From assembly GCA_964521295.1 (NCBI GenBank), contig CAZFRF010000001.1, positions 140,675-204,674 of the forward strand: DNA of 64,000 nucleotides, read 5' to 3'. The notes under the pieces are model-generated. The model worked only from the letters and a program-made list of their open reading frames with translations, did no database searches and had not been told where the DNA came from. The position numbers and the translations under genes are program-made. Shown here piece by piece: positions 29,108 through 39,256 of this stretch. Source of the stretch: an uncultured Gammaproteobacteria bacterium. Its GTDB lineage: Bacteria; Patescibacteriota; Microgenomatia; Levybacterales; UBA12049. The stretch's first letter is position 1; the number at the start of each line of letters is the position of its first letter.

Positions 29108-30046
29108 TTATTTTGTTATTTCTAGAATTACAAAAAGTAGATAAACACCAAGCATTATTAATCCGTTTTTACGAGACACGAAGTTTCGTGTTCTAAAGAA
29201 AAAATAAAACAAAGAAAGGGCAATCAAAATGAACATAAATGTAACGAAGAAATTGCTAACTGTTAATACTTCTCCGTTGTGAAGAATAGTAAAAAAACCA
29301 AACATAAAGCTAGTAACTGCTGCTCCTCCAATGTAGTCTCCCATTGCCAATTCTTTTTTGCCTGAAATAACTGATCTGATAGCAAGTGTAAGTTCAGGTA
29401 AATCTGTTCCTAGAGCAATAACAATAAGACTAATATAAAATGCGGGAATCTTAATTATGTCTGCAAAGTAAATTGTTTTATCAACAATTAATTGACTAGA
29501 AATGAAAATAATAATTAAACCAGCAATTATTTTAAGGATGTCTTTATAGGAATATACTTTTAAATTTAATAATTGTTGGTTATTGCGATTAAATATTCCC
29601 TTTTTTCGTTCTATTAAAAAAAGTAGAATTACATAAATAATCATTAAAATCGCTCCTTCTAGATTAGTGACTTTTTTATCTAAAATAAAAAGAGAAGGTG
29701 CAATAATTACACCCATTGTTGCTAGGAGTAAATTATTATCTAATTCATGTTTTAAACTTATGCCATTTCCAAAAACTGCTAGGGCTGGAATTACAACCAA
29801 AAATAAAACAACTATACCTCCTAAAAGATTTCCTACAAATATCTCTGCGTCATGATGAGCGACTGCCTGCATGCCAACTGAAAATTCAGGGGCTTGGGTA
29901 AGTATTCCTAGGAATACAAAAGAAAAAGCAAAGGTAGAAAGTCTTAATTTACCTGAAAATTTTGTCGTAGCTGAAACAATTAATCCCGCAGCAAACCAAG
30001 TAAGAATAAAGGAGACAATGTAAATCAGTACATTAGCTAAAAACAC
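29108..30046 (-). CDS. Sodium:calcium antiporter (CaCA/YrbG family)
   Basis: Alpha repeats TQAPE...GNLLG and GTDLPE...GDYIG. Confidence 0.85.
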   Translation of the reverse strand: MFLANVLIYIVSFILTWFAAGLIVSATTKFSGKLRLSTFAFSFVFLGILTQAPEFSVGMQAVAHHDAEIFVGNLLGGIVVLFLVVIPALAVFGNGISLKHELDNNLLLATMGVIIAPSLFILDKKVTNLEGAILMIIYVILLFLIERKKGIFNRNNQQLLNLKVYSYKDILKIIAGLIIIFISSQLIVDKTIYFADIIKIPAFYISLIVIALGTDLPELTLAIRSVISGKKELAMGDYIGGAAVTSFMFGFFTILHNGEVLTVSNFFVTFMFILIALSLFYFFFRTRNFVSRKNGLIMLGVYLLFVILEITK

Positions 30047-30129
30047 TGTAACAATTAGTATATAAAACTAAAAATAAATGCACAAGATGCGTATATTCAA
30101 TTAATTCATTTTACTGTATAATATATTGA

Positions 30130-30582
30130 ATGCATAAAACTTTTTATGCGAGTGGATTTATATATCACCTACCTACCCAACAAATTCTCTTGCAACAAAA
30201 ACAGTCTACTATATTACCTGCATCTCCTTGGGTTTTGTTTGAGAAAGAGCATGCAGAGAGTAAAAATCCCGAAGAAGTATTTAAGGCAATGTTATCAAAG
30301 TTACTAAATTGCAATTTAAATAATTTAAATAAAATCTACTCCTATACCAAGGATCATTCTAAAACTTATTCCTTGTTTTATGCTAGCGTTGATCAATTAA
30401 AAGAATTTTCTCCTAAAAATGGATATGTTTTTAAATGGTTTTCATTTAAAGAAATTGTAAGACTAAAAACTAATGAACAAACAAAACACGATATTATGAT
30501 TGGTCAAAGAGTGATTACTGCATTAAGCAGGGATAATTCTGTGAATTTACAAAAAATGATTGTAGATGCAGTAAGCGAATAA
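30130..30582 (+). CDS. NUDIX-fold-like protein, degenerate box
   Basis: ASGFIYH..ILLQQ...W; Nudix glutamates not conserved. Confidence 0.5.
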   Translation: MHKTFYASGFIYHLPTQQILLQQKQSTILPASPWVLFEKEHAESKNPEEVFKAMLSKLLNCNLNNLNKIYSYTKDHSKTYSLFYASVDQLKEFSPKNGYVFKWFSFKEIVRLKTNEQTKHDIMIGQRVITALSRDNSVNLQKMIVDAVSE

Positions 30583-31797
30583 TTATTCAACAAAGGTAAG
30601 AGCAATTCCTTTTTTCCCCGCTCTTCCCGTTCTTCCAATTCGATGAATATAATCGTCATAGGATTCCGGTGCATCGTAATTGATGACATGTGAGACATTA
30701 TCAATGTCTAGACCTCTTGAGACAATGTCGGTTGCAGTTAATATTTGAATTTCGTGATTTTTAAATTGTTGAATTGCTCTTTGTCTTTGACCTTGCGTTT
30801 TGTTACCGTGAATTGCTGCAACTTTAAATCCCCTATTTAGTAAATCATTGGTAAGTTTTTGAACTCTCCATTTGGTTCTACCAAAAATAATTACTTTATC
30901 AAATTCAGGTTGAGTTAGTAAATTATGTAAGGCATCAATTTTTGTTTCTCCATTGGCTAATTTAATAATGTCTTGATCAATATTATTTACTGTTTCCTGT
31001 GTTTTAGCAGAAATTGTAACGGGGTTAGTTACAAAACTATTTAGAATTTCTTCAGTTTTTTTATTTATTGTTGCTGAGAAAAATAATGACTGTCTTTTTT
31101 TGGGAAGAAAAGAAATAATAAATTTAATATCATGAATAAAGCCAATGTCGACCATTTTGTCTACTTCATCCAAAACAACATTTTGAAATAAAGACAAGTC
31201 AATTCCTTTTCTAACTATTAAATCCTTAAGTCTTCCTGGAGTAGCTATAACAAAATGAGGATTGTGGTTAAGTCCATGTTTTTGCTTTTTAATATCAACC
31301 CCACCAATAAGTGCTACTACTTCAAGTTCAGTTCCTTTTGCAAAAATGCGATATTCATCTCTTATCTGAACAGCGAGCTCTCGAGTTGGAACTACAATTA
31401 AAGTGCGTTGGCTTCGGTCGAGAAAAGATTTATTAATAAGTGAAATTAAGAAAGCTGCCGTTTTACCAGTTCCAGTGTTGGCCATCGCAATAATATCTTT
31501 TCCATTAACAATTTCTGGGATAGTTTTTTCTTGAATTTCTGTTGGAATTTCATAACCATGATCTTTGATATTGCGTTTTAATTTATCAGTTATATTAAAT
31601 TCTGAGAAGTCTTTCGTTACAATGCTCTCTCTAACTACCTGAGTATTTATTTGAGTATCTTGATTTACTTTTTGAATAAATAAATTATGATCTAATTTTT
31701 TAATTTGTTTTTTATAATTATTTCTAAATCTTGGTTTAGAAAATTTAAAGGAATTAGTACTTCTTTTCATTTTTCTAAAATTATTATCGTTATACAT
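30583..31797 (-). CDS. DEAD-box RNA helicase
   Basis: Q motif, TGTGKT, PTRELA, TPGR, DEVD, SAT, HRIGRTGR. Confidence 0.95.
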   Translation of the reverse strand: MYNDNNFRKMKRSTNSFKFSKPRFRNNYKKQIKKLDHNLFIQKVNQDTQINTQVVRESIVTKDFSEFNITDKLKRNIKDHGYEIPTEIQEKTIPEIVNGKDIIAMANTGTGKTAAFLISLINKSFLDRSQRTLIVVPTRELAVQIRDEYRIFAKGTELEVVALIGGVDIKKQKHGLNHNPHFVIATPGRLKDLIVRKGIDLSLFQNVVLDEVDKMVDIGFIHDIKFIISFLPKKRQSLFFSATINKKTEEILNSFVTNPVTISAKTQETVNNIDQDIIKLANGETKIDALHNLLTQPEFDKVIIFGRTKWRVQKLTNDLLNRGFKVAAIHGNKTQGQRQRAIQQFKNHEIQILTATDIVSRGLDIDNVSHVINYDAPESYDDYIHRIGRTGRAGKKGIALTFVE

Positions 31798-31802
31798 ATA
31801 TT

Positions 31803-33029
31803 TTAATTAATATCATTTGAAATTTTGTTATTTACTAACTTATCTAACATTTGATGAAAATTATAAAACTGTTTTGTGGCTGTAAAGTTTAACTCAACAT
31901 TTTTTATTCCCGCGTTTATAAATTTTGTTCTTAATGAAGCATCATTTAGTAGAGTTTCAATTCTTTGAGCAATAATACTTGGGTCATTTGGTAAAACCAG
32001 GAATCCATTATACGAATCACTAATAATCTCAGGTATTCCTCCAACTTTTGTGCCAATAACAGGTAAGCCAGAGGCCATTGCCTCGATAAATACTTGTCCA
32101 AACGTTTCATTTTCTGAGGGAAGGATAAATATATTAGAACCCTTATATACACTAGGCATTTCTTTTAATTTAAATGTTTTTAAAATTGTTTGCTCCTCAA
32201 TATTATGCAATTTAATATATCCCTGTAGCATTTCATAGGCGATGTTAAATTCATTTTTTAAATTTTCAGGTGGTTTACCAATAGCGATTAGTAATCTTAA
32301 ATTTTTATATCTTGGTGCAATTTTAGAAAATGCTTGAATTAAATCAATTACTCCTTTTTGTTGCAATATATCCTTTTTGCCCCTAATAATTCTAGTAGCT
32401 GTTAGGATAATTTTATTTTCTTCATTTAATCCAAGGTCTGATTTTAAATCAAATTCAGGTTTAACGTTTTTATTGAATAATTTGGTATCAACTCCAAGAT
32501 AGTGAGTAGATATGTAATTAATATCTGTTCCTTTTTGGAAGCAATCGCCTGCAACGCTTTTACTAACGCATGTAATTGCATCCCATTTCAATTGATTAAT
32601 TAACTCAGTTTGTAATTCTGTCATTGCAAATGAATGTAATTGCAAAACCAATGGTATTTTGTATGTCATAGTTACCATCGTAAGTAGCAAGCTATATGCT
32701 GCAGGTAAATCAGTATGAAAATTTTCAGCGCAGATTATATCAATCTTTTCTGATTTAATTACGTCTTGTAAATTTTGAGCAAAAGTTTGTGCTTTTAAAG
32801 AAATGTCTTTCTTGCTTGGAATATTACTTCTTGATAAAAACAGGCTATTTAGATAATGGATGGTTACATCCCCTTCCTTAGTGGTGTAATCTTCTTTGTC
32901 TGTAGGCAGCATTAAATAAAGATGAGATTTATCTCCATCTTTGTAGTAATTAACTAGATTAGAGATATAACGCTCAATTCCCCCTATACTTTCAAATGGT
33001 GAATTTCGGCTAATAAATAAAATATTCAT
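31803..33029 (-). CDS. Glycosyltransferase family 4
   Basis: GGIERY; ETFGQVFIEAMASG. Confidence 0.9.
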   Translation of the reverse strand: MNILFISRNSPFESIGGIERYISNLVNYYKDGDKSHLYLMLPTDKEDYTTKEGDVTIHYLNSLFLSRSNIPSKKDISLKAQTFAQNLQDVIKSEKIDIICAENFHTDLPAAYSLLLTMVTMTYKIPLVLQLHSFAMTELQTELINQLKWDAITCVSKSVAGDCFQKGTDINYISTHYLGVDTKLFNKNVKPEFDLKSDLGLNEENKIILTATRIIRGKKDILQQKGVIDLIQAFSKIAPRYKNLRLLIAIGKPPENLKNEFNIAYEMLQGYIKLHNIEEQTILKTFKLKEMPSVYKGSNIFILPSENETFGQVFIEAMASGLPVIGTKVGGIPEIISDSYNGFLVLPNDPSIIAQRIETLLNDASLRTKFINAGIKNVELNFTATKQFYNFHQMLDKLVNNKISNDIN

Positions 33030-33241
33030 ATAATTTATCCACAAACTTTCATGTTTTGCAAAAATGAAATGGATTTAATTATTGAGTAGATAAATTCGAA
33101 GTAATCAAATATCCTATCTATTAAAACAAAATCAAATATGAGCTTTTATTACAATTTGTAGTTAATTCATTGTACCCTAGTTGCAAGTTAAAGTCAATCA
33201 GACTATAGGTTTAAACAATTTGTAGAGATATCGATATTATT

Positions 33242-33278
33242 AAAAAAACTCCGCCATTAAGACGGAGTTTTGTTTTTT
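33242..33278. terminator. Bidirectional intrinsic terminator after hsp20
   Basis: A7-CTCCG-loop-CGGAG followed by T-rich run. Confidence 0.75.
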
Positions 33279-33292
33279 AAGACACGGTTTAT

Positions 33293-33715
33293 TTATTCTT
33301 CAAGATTTACTTGAATTTTTTTAGGTTGTGATTTAGGAGATTTCATAAAAGCTACAGTCATTATACCGTGCTTATATGTAGCTTTAGGATCTGAGTTTGT
33401 GTCTATATCACCTGGCACTGCAACTCTATAAGAGAATACTTTTGAAGCGTGTCGGTAATATTTTCTATTCTTGTCTTTTTCTTCCTCTTTTTCCTCTCCC
33501 CTTATCCAAAGATATCCATCTTGAAATGTTATCTCAACATTTTTAGGATCTATTCCTGGTAAAGATGCATCAATATAAACTTGATTTTCATCTTCAGAAA
33601 TAGATAAACCACTTGAACTGCTTGAAGTAGTTAGTAAGTCATCATCCTCCCAGATAGATGGAATCTTTATTGATGGAAAAGAAAACCAATTGTTTGGAAC
33701 AAGGTCGTATGCCAT
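33293..33715 (-). CDS. Hsp20/alpha-crystallin small heat-shock protein
   Basis: LPGIDPKNVEI, ATYKHGIMTV; SD AAGGAGGTGA. Confidence 0.92.
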   Translation of the reverse strand: MAYDLVPNNWFSFPSIKIPSIWEDDDLLTTSSSSSGLSISEDENQVYIDASLPGIDPKNVEITFQDGYLWIRGEEKEEEKDKNRKYYRHASKVFSYRVAVPGDIDTNSDPKATYKHGIMTVAFMKSPKSQPKKIQVNLEE

Positions 33716-33748
33716 ATTTCTCACCTCCTTCTTTAACAATCTGTAATG

Positions 33749-33775
33749 TTAGCAATAATATACAACGAGTGCTAA
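33749..33775 (-). promoter_or_regulatory. CIRCE element (HrcA operator) overlapping hsp20 promoter
   Basis: TTAGCACTC-N9-TATTGCTAA vs consensus TTAGCACTC-N9-GAGTGCTAA; overlaps TTGACA-17-TATATT. Confidence 0.85.
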
Positions 33776-33833
33776 TTGTTGTCAAGACCCTTTTTTTAAT
33801 TAAATGCTTTCTTAAAATAGGAGATAGAAATAT

Positions 33834-34754
33834 TTAATTGTTATTGAAGAAATTCCAAATCAGAGCTGTAGCAGGAACGCTTTTTCCCAGTAGGATATTT
33901 TTATATTCCATAATGCTACCAAACCAAGCGTGTCCGCTGTTTTTAATTGTATAGGCTTCAATGTTTTTTAATTTATTTACCCCCTCATATTTATCAAGAA
34001 TTAAGTTCTCGTTTTCAGTGCTATCTTTTTTTATTGCTTGATTATTATTTACCCAAAAATCTACGGATTCCTTAAAAGACGTAAAAGTTGCACTTTTGTC
34101 TTTATTTAATCCTCCATGATATGGTATTAAGTTATCATTTTTACCATGCATAATTAAGATTGATACTGAGGCCTTAGGTTTCGGCAGGTTAAAATATGGA
34201 TCATTTGTTTTTACCTTTCCACCGATTGACCCAGATACAATTGCAAAAGCAGCAAATTTTTCAGGAGTATCAGCAGCAATTCTATATGTTAAAAGTCCCC
34301 CATTTGAAAAACCAGTTAAATATATTTTTTTAGGATTTACTTTATATTTTTTGGTTAAATCATCAACTAAGTTATTGATGAATGAAACATCATCTGCTTT
34401 ATTATTGAATGCTTCTCCGCAACACGATCCACCATTCCAGGAAAACTTCTTAGTTTTAATATTCTGTAAGCCATAAGGATAAACAACAATAAATTTTTGT
34501 TTATCTGAGAGTCTGCTCAGTCCTGAATATTGTTCAATAAATCTTGGATGATCTCCAAATCCATGTAGAGCAACCACTAATGGATATGAATTAGTTGGTT
34601 TATACCCAGAAGGCAGATGTAAAAGATACTCCCTATTAGTGTTTTGAAACTTAAAAGAATATTTTTTTGTTGATAAGAGTGAGAAATAATTTAGTACAAT
34701 GATAATTGAAAAAGAAAACAAAAGTACAATTAAGATTATTTTTATTTGCTGCAT
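33834..34754 (-). CDS. PHB-depolymerase/LpqC-like esterase
   Basis: PLVVALHG, WNGGSCC, DDV.FI, GFSNGG, HG..D, GHAW. Confidence 0.85.
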   Translation of the reverse strand: MQQIKIILIVLLFSFSIIIVLNYFSLLSTKKYSFKFQNTNREYLLHLPSGYKPTNSYPLVVALHGFGDHPRFIEQYSGLSRLSDKQKFIVVYPYGLQNIKTKKFSWNGGSCCGEAFNNKADDVSFINNLVDDLTKKYKVNPKKIYLTGFSNGGLLTYRIAADTPEKFAAFAIVSGSIGGKVKTNDPYFNLPKPKASVSILIMHGKNDNLIPYHGGLNKDKSATFTSFKESVDFWVNNNQAIKKDSTENENLILDKYEGVNKLKNIEAYTIKNSGHAWFGSIMEYKNILLGKSVPATALIWNFFNNN

Positions 34755-34793
34755 TATAAAAGTATAGCATTTTAGAAAGTGTAGTTATGACTT

Positions 34794-35747
34794 TTAGCTC
34801 AGTAATGTTTGAAGTCTAGGCTTATTAAGTTCTGTATAAAATACTTGTCTATCAATCCAACTACCTACACGTGATCTTTTTCGGTGACCTACATAATATG
34901 TTTTATCGCTATCCTCAACGATCATTCCATGTCCTATTCCCTTTTGAGGAGGAAATAATGCTTCAGTTGCCATTTCCCAGGATGCTGTCTCTAAAGGGTC
35001 TCCACCTTTATATTTAATTACTCCTGTTGAATATTCATCTGTCCAACTAGCATTTCCGGCTACAGTTAATCCTCTAAATTCCCCATCAAGTTCTATAGCT
35101 TGTGGCCCTTCGAGTATGGGTTGTACAGAGCAGCACCAAGGAATTGTTGGTCTTGCGACTAATCTTCTTGGACCAAGCTTGGTTGGACTTTCTCTTTTGG
35201 CAATATATATGTTTTGAGGAAATTGATCCGTAGGCTTTTCCCATCCCGACCAAACCGCATACGACTCGGGTCCTTGAGATCCAGGAATATTAATAAATGT
35301 CATATCAATTGCCCATGAGTCATCATCTTGGGGTGCTTCGATTTGTCCTAGGTCGGTCCATGGCCCAAGAGGACCATCATTTGTTCCATATACCCTTATT
35401 CTATGAGTATCATTATTTCCATTAACAGATTGAGCAACATATAAATAGTCTCCATCGATTTCACCAGCCCAGGATTGCGTCAAGATATTATCTAGAGATG
35501 TTCCAAGTGCAACTGGTTGTGCAGATGGAAGTTGCTCTATGGCTGGAGACGTGCGAAGAGTATATCCTTGTATTCCTTTATGTGCCAAGGGAGATGGGTC
35601 CAAATTTCCCTGGAGAAGAAGGTGCCAATTCCTACCTCTTTTAAAAAGAAAAGGATCAGCTCCAGCACATATATCCACTCCTAGAATTTCAGGAGCCAGA
35701 GATATCTCAGGCATTTGGCCTGCTCTCGTTTCAGATAAAGCCGTCAC
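34794..35747 (-). CDS. Glycoside hydrolase family 43-like protein
   Basis: ADPF, WAGEI, WAID, WSGW, LEGP, GHG. Confidence 0.8.
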   Translation of the reverse strand: MTALSETRAGQMPEISLAPEILGVDICAGADPFLFKRGRNWHLLLQGNLDPSPLAHKGIQGYTLRTSPAIEQLPSAQPVALGTSLDNILTQSWAGEIDGDYLYVAQSVNGNNDTHRIRVYGTNDGPLGPWTDLGQIEAPQDDDSWAIDMTFINIPGSQGPESYAVWSGWEKPTDQFPQNIYIAKRESPTKLGPRRLVARPTIPWCCSVQPILEGPQAIELDGEFRGLTVAGNASWTDEYSTGVIKYKGGDPLETASWEMATEALFPPQKGIGHGMIVEDSDKTYYVGHRKRSRVGSWIDRQVFYTELNKPRLQTLLS

Positions 35748-35833
35748 ATGATGAATATATCAAATTAGGTCAATATTTCAAGGTTTTAAGGATGAGATTT
35801 TCGTGGCTAAAGTGTAAGAAAATGGAAAGAAAA

Positions 35834-36024
35834 CTATTTTCGCTTTGTTTTTTGGATAAAATACAGTCCTCCTAAAAGTATTCCATAAATTACTAAAGCA
35901 AGTAGAGTAACAATTAAAAGATTTGGTCCTTCTGGGTCATTTATAAAAAAAAGAATCCTCTTGAAAGTAAAAGAGAGATAAGTCCGAGAATTATTAATTG
36001 ATATTTGCTTGCTTTAATATTCAT
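35834..36024 (-). pseudogene. Small membrane protein gene split by a frameshift in a T8 run
   Basis: MNIKASKYQLIILGLISLLLSRGFFF then TTA TAA; the -1 frame continues INDPEGPNLLIVTLLALVIYGILLGGLYFIQKTKRK*. Confidence 0.65.
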
Positions 36025-36072
36025 TTGAATAATTCTTCGTATGCTATCTTTGCCGAACGAAGTTATAACTTA

Positions 36073-36807
36073 TTATGGATTTAAATATTCGTTTAATTTG
36101 GATAATTCTTCTGAATAAACATTTTGAACTATATCGTGTTCCCAAGGACTATGATCCTGGCCTTTTAGAATCATGTAGGGTTGATTTTTGGCTTTTACTA
36201 ATTTGATCACTTTTTCTCTTAAGTTCTCGTTTATGTATTTATCTTTTTCGCCATAAACTAGATGAATTCCACCGTTATATTCTTCCAAGCATTTAAAAAA
36301 TTTTGCGTTTCTTGCTTCTTGCCAAAATTTTCCTTTATATTGTTGACCAGCTTCTTCAAAAATTTCCTCACTGTTTCCTGAAAAATCTCCATCATTTACG
36401 CCCGGAACCCAAAGTAAGACACAAGGAATTTTATTTTTCAATTCTGGCTTCGCAGTTGCAATAATTACTGCTGCTGCTCCCATGCTTTGCCCAAGTAGTG
36501 CAACTTTATAATTTAGATTTAGATATTTTTTCGCGAAATAAACTATCGTACTAACCCATTCATCATATGAAACATCAATATAATCGCCATCAGAATTTCC
36601 ACTGTTTGGCAAATCAATTCTTAGAACTGAATAATTTTCATTATTTAAAATTCGTTGAAAATCTACAAATTGCCTTGCGGGACCAGTGCTATTGCCTCTA
36701 AAACCATGAATCATGATAATTATATTTTTTTGTTTTGTAGATATCGGCTCAGATAAATAACAGAAGATTTTTTTATTATTTATTAATTCAAAAAAAACTT
36801 TATCCAT
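36073..36807 (-). CDS. Alpha/beta hydrolase
   Basis: IHGF.G, GQSMG, GEKD, QDH. Confidence 0.85.
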   Translation of the reverse strand: MDKVFFELINNKKIFCYLSEPISTKQKNIIIMIHGFRGNSTGPARQFVDFQRILNNENYSVLRIDLPNSGNSDGDYIDVSYDEWVSTIVYFAKKYLNLNYKVALLGQSMGAAAVIIATAKPELKNKIPCVLLWVPGVNDGDFSGNSEEIFEEAGQQYKGKFWQEARNAKFFKCLEEYNGGIHLVYGEKDKYINENLREKVIKLVKAKNQPYMILKGQDHSPWEHDIVQNVYSEELSKLNEYLNP

Positions 36808-36855
36808 TAGTTAATTATATCAGAAGAAGTTGGGGCATCTGCAGAAGATCATAGG

Positions 36856-37329
36856 CTATTTTATCAATTCTAATATCTGATTTACTGTTTGCTCTGGGGA
36901 TTGATTAGAATTGTCTATTATTGTTCCAAAAGATGGATTATTAATGCCAATATTATAATGATATTTAATTCTTTCTCTCTCCCAGTTGTCTAGTTCTCTT
37001 GTTCCCCTATTTGTAATAGTTTTTTCAAGATTTGGATTAAAAGTAAATACAAACACTTTTATTCCCTCAAGATGTTTCATTAAGTATTTATAATTCTTTT
37101 CTGATAAAGGATATGTAACTATTACATTTAAATTTCTTTTAACGAAGTTTTTTATTAATGACGCTGTATTCTCAAGATTTATAGGAATTGCATCTTCCAA
37201 GGGCATCCAATCAATAAACTCTCTTAATCTATCAACTTCAATATGAGCTGTATTATTAATTTTCTTTAATAATATTTTTGCAACTGTAGATTTCCCAGAA
37301 TTTATAGAGCCGTTAAGAAATATAACCAT
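36856..37329 (-). CDS. P-loop nucleotide-kinase-like protein
   Basis: IFLNGSINSGKSTVA. Confidence 0.8.
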   Translation of the reverse strand: MVIFLNGSINSGKSTVAKILLKKINNTAHIEVDRLREFIDWMPLEDAIPINLENTASLIKNFVKRNLNVIVTYPLSEKNYKYLMKHLEGIKVFVFTFNPNLEKTITNRGTRELDNWERERIKYHYNIGINNPSFGTIIDNSNQSPEQTVNQILELIK

Positions 37330-37529
37330 ATATTTATTATAACAAATATATGACTTTGAGGCTAAGTTGCTGAGCGTTCTGGTTAAGCTCCTTTCAATCG
37401 TTATAATGAATCGGCTGCCTACGGTACTAGACTAGGTAGTAATGAGTAATGCCTAACCGAACCCATTTCATAGCTGAATAATTCCTGTGCCTTGCAGGAT
37501 TATTAAAAATTGACTATTCTATAATAGTA

Positions 37530-38981
37530 GTGAAGAAAATTCTCACATTTACTTTTGGATTTTTTCTCTTTGTTATATCAGCGAATTCCGCGCATGCCTT
37601 TTCTGGTTCAGGGGGAGGAACAAGTGATAGTCCCTATCTTATTACACGGTGTTCTCAATTTCTAGAAATAGCTAGTAACCTCTCCTCCTATTACAAACAA
37701 GCAAATGACATAGATTGTACAGGAACCAGCTTTTCGTCTATTTCGGGTAGTTTTGGGGGTACACTTGATGGGAATAACTATGCTATCAGCAATATCACCA
37801 TAACAGGAAAAGGCTTTTTCGAGAGTACCAACGATGCCGTTATTAAAAATGTTCGTCTTATAAGTGGATCAGTCACAAATGCAGGCTCACAAGTGGGGAG
37901 TTTGATTGGTGCCTCATCAGGCAATTTGACAGTTTCACACGTATCGTCTGCTTTAAATTTAAGCTCTACGGGCGATTCTGGCGGATTTATAGGAAGAGTT
38001 TTTGAAGCAACAGGAGATACCGTTCTCATTGAGAAATGTTCGTTCACAGGGAATATTACTACTTCTGACCTTGGTACTGCGGGAGGGATTATCGGATATG
38101 CTGCGGTAGGTAGTTCAAGTACTATTCCTAATGTGACAATTAGAGATTGTTATACATCTGGGACATATACGTCAGACTATATAATCGGCGGAATTATTGG
38201 TTATAGCGGTAGTAATCCAGAAAATACAGAAATTGTAAGTATTATTAACTCTTATAGTACGATGACAGCTGTAGGAAATAGTGCAGATTATGCAGGAGGG
38301 CTTGTCGGGTATCTTCCATGGGGACAAATAACTGATTCATTTGCAGCACCCACCTTTAGCGGAACGATTACATATAAAGGAGGAATAGCAGGATACTCTT
38401 CTCCAAGTGATGTTGATATATCTGGAGTATATTTTGATAGATATATTGCCGGAACAAGCAGTTGCGGAGGTACAGGGGGGACTCTCAGCTGTACTGCGGT
38501 AAATTCGGGAAATAGCAACCCGAATTATTTCAAAGGGGATAACACGAATGCACCCTTGAATTCATGGAATTTTACGGACATATGGCAGACAAGCATAGGG
38601 GGATATCCTACTCTTCGTGGATTTATTTCTCCCTCGTCGTCCGGGTTTTCATCTAGCTCTTCAAGTTCATCAACCTCATCGTCCTGCACCACACAAGCAC
38701 CTCTTTCTGCGCCAAACTTATTTCAGATGGCTGTTTCGAGAACTTCTGTGAATTTGTTTTTTGCACCGGTATCGGGCGCAAACTCATCCTATGTCATAAG
38801 TTATGGTTTTGATGAAAATGCTAATAACTTTGCTACTTCTTTTAATTACGGCTATTCAAGCGGGGTAATCTCTTACCAGATAAACTCTCTTTTTCCGGGA
38901 AAGTGGTATTTTAAAGTAAGAGGACAAAATGGCTGTATGCCAGGCGAGTGGTCTTTCGTTAAATCTATAAAAGTAATCTAA
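37530..38981 (+). CDS. Secreted GLUG-repeat protein with C-terminal fibronectin type III domain
   Basis: Signal peptide, FSGSGGGT..PYLI, LDGNNY.ISN, repeated GG(I/L)(I/V)G, YFKVRGQNGC.PG.WS. Confidence 0.8.
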   Translation: MKKILTFTFGFFLFVISANSAHAFSGSGGGTSDSPYLITRCSQFLEIASNLSSYYKQANDIDCTGTSFSSISGSFGGTLDGNNYAISNITITGKGFFESTNDAVIKNVRLISGSVTNAGSQVGSLIGASSGNLTVSHVSSALNLSSTGDSGGFIGRVFEATGDTVLIEKCSFTGNITTSDLGTAGGIIGYAAVGSSSTIPNVTIRDCYTSGTYTSDYIIGGIIGYSGSNPENTEIVSIINSYSTMTAVGNSADYAGGLVGYLPWGQITDSFAAPTFSGTITYKGGIAGYSSPSDVDISGVYFDRYIAGTSSCGGTGGTLSCTAVNSGNSNPNYFKGDNTNAPLNSWNFTDIWQTSIGGYPTLRGFISPSSSGFSSSSSSSSTSSSCTTQAPLSAPNLFQMAVSRTSVNLFFAPVSGANSSYVISYGFDENANNFATSFNYGYSSGVISYQINSLFPGKWYFKVRGQNGCMPGEWSFVKSIKVI

Positions 38982-39168
38982 CTGCCTTCACTTCGATTTC
39001 TATAAAAGTGTCTTAGAAATAAATAACATTTATGCATTTTTTTCCTCTAATAAATTGGGTTCTAACCCGTAAATAATTAGGGTGAAATATAAGAAAAGAT
39101 ACCGTACCCATATTATTCAGGATTTGAGGATGTGAATCATAAGGGCCGCGTTGTGATGCTGCCCGTCT

Positions 39169-39242
39169 TGGCTGCCGAGCCTGGATTCGAACCAGAATAA
39201 ACGGATCCAAAGTCCGTTGTCCTACCATTAGACGACTCGGCA
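39169..39242 (-). tRNA. tRNA-Gln(TTG), CCA encoded
   Basis: ACGGA-CTTTGGA-TCCGT; U1-A72. Confidence 0.95.
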
Positions 39243-39256
39243 ATGTAATGTATATT

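Noticed and set aside
39013-39243. 76-aa ORF MPSRLMVGQRTLDP...
   Set aside because: Translation of the tRNA-Gln gene.
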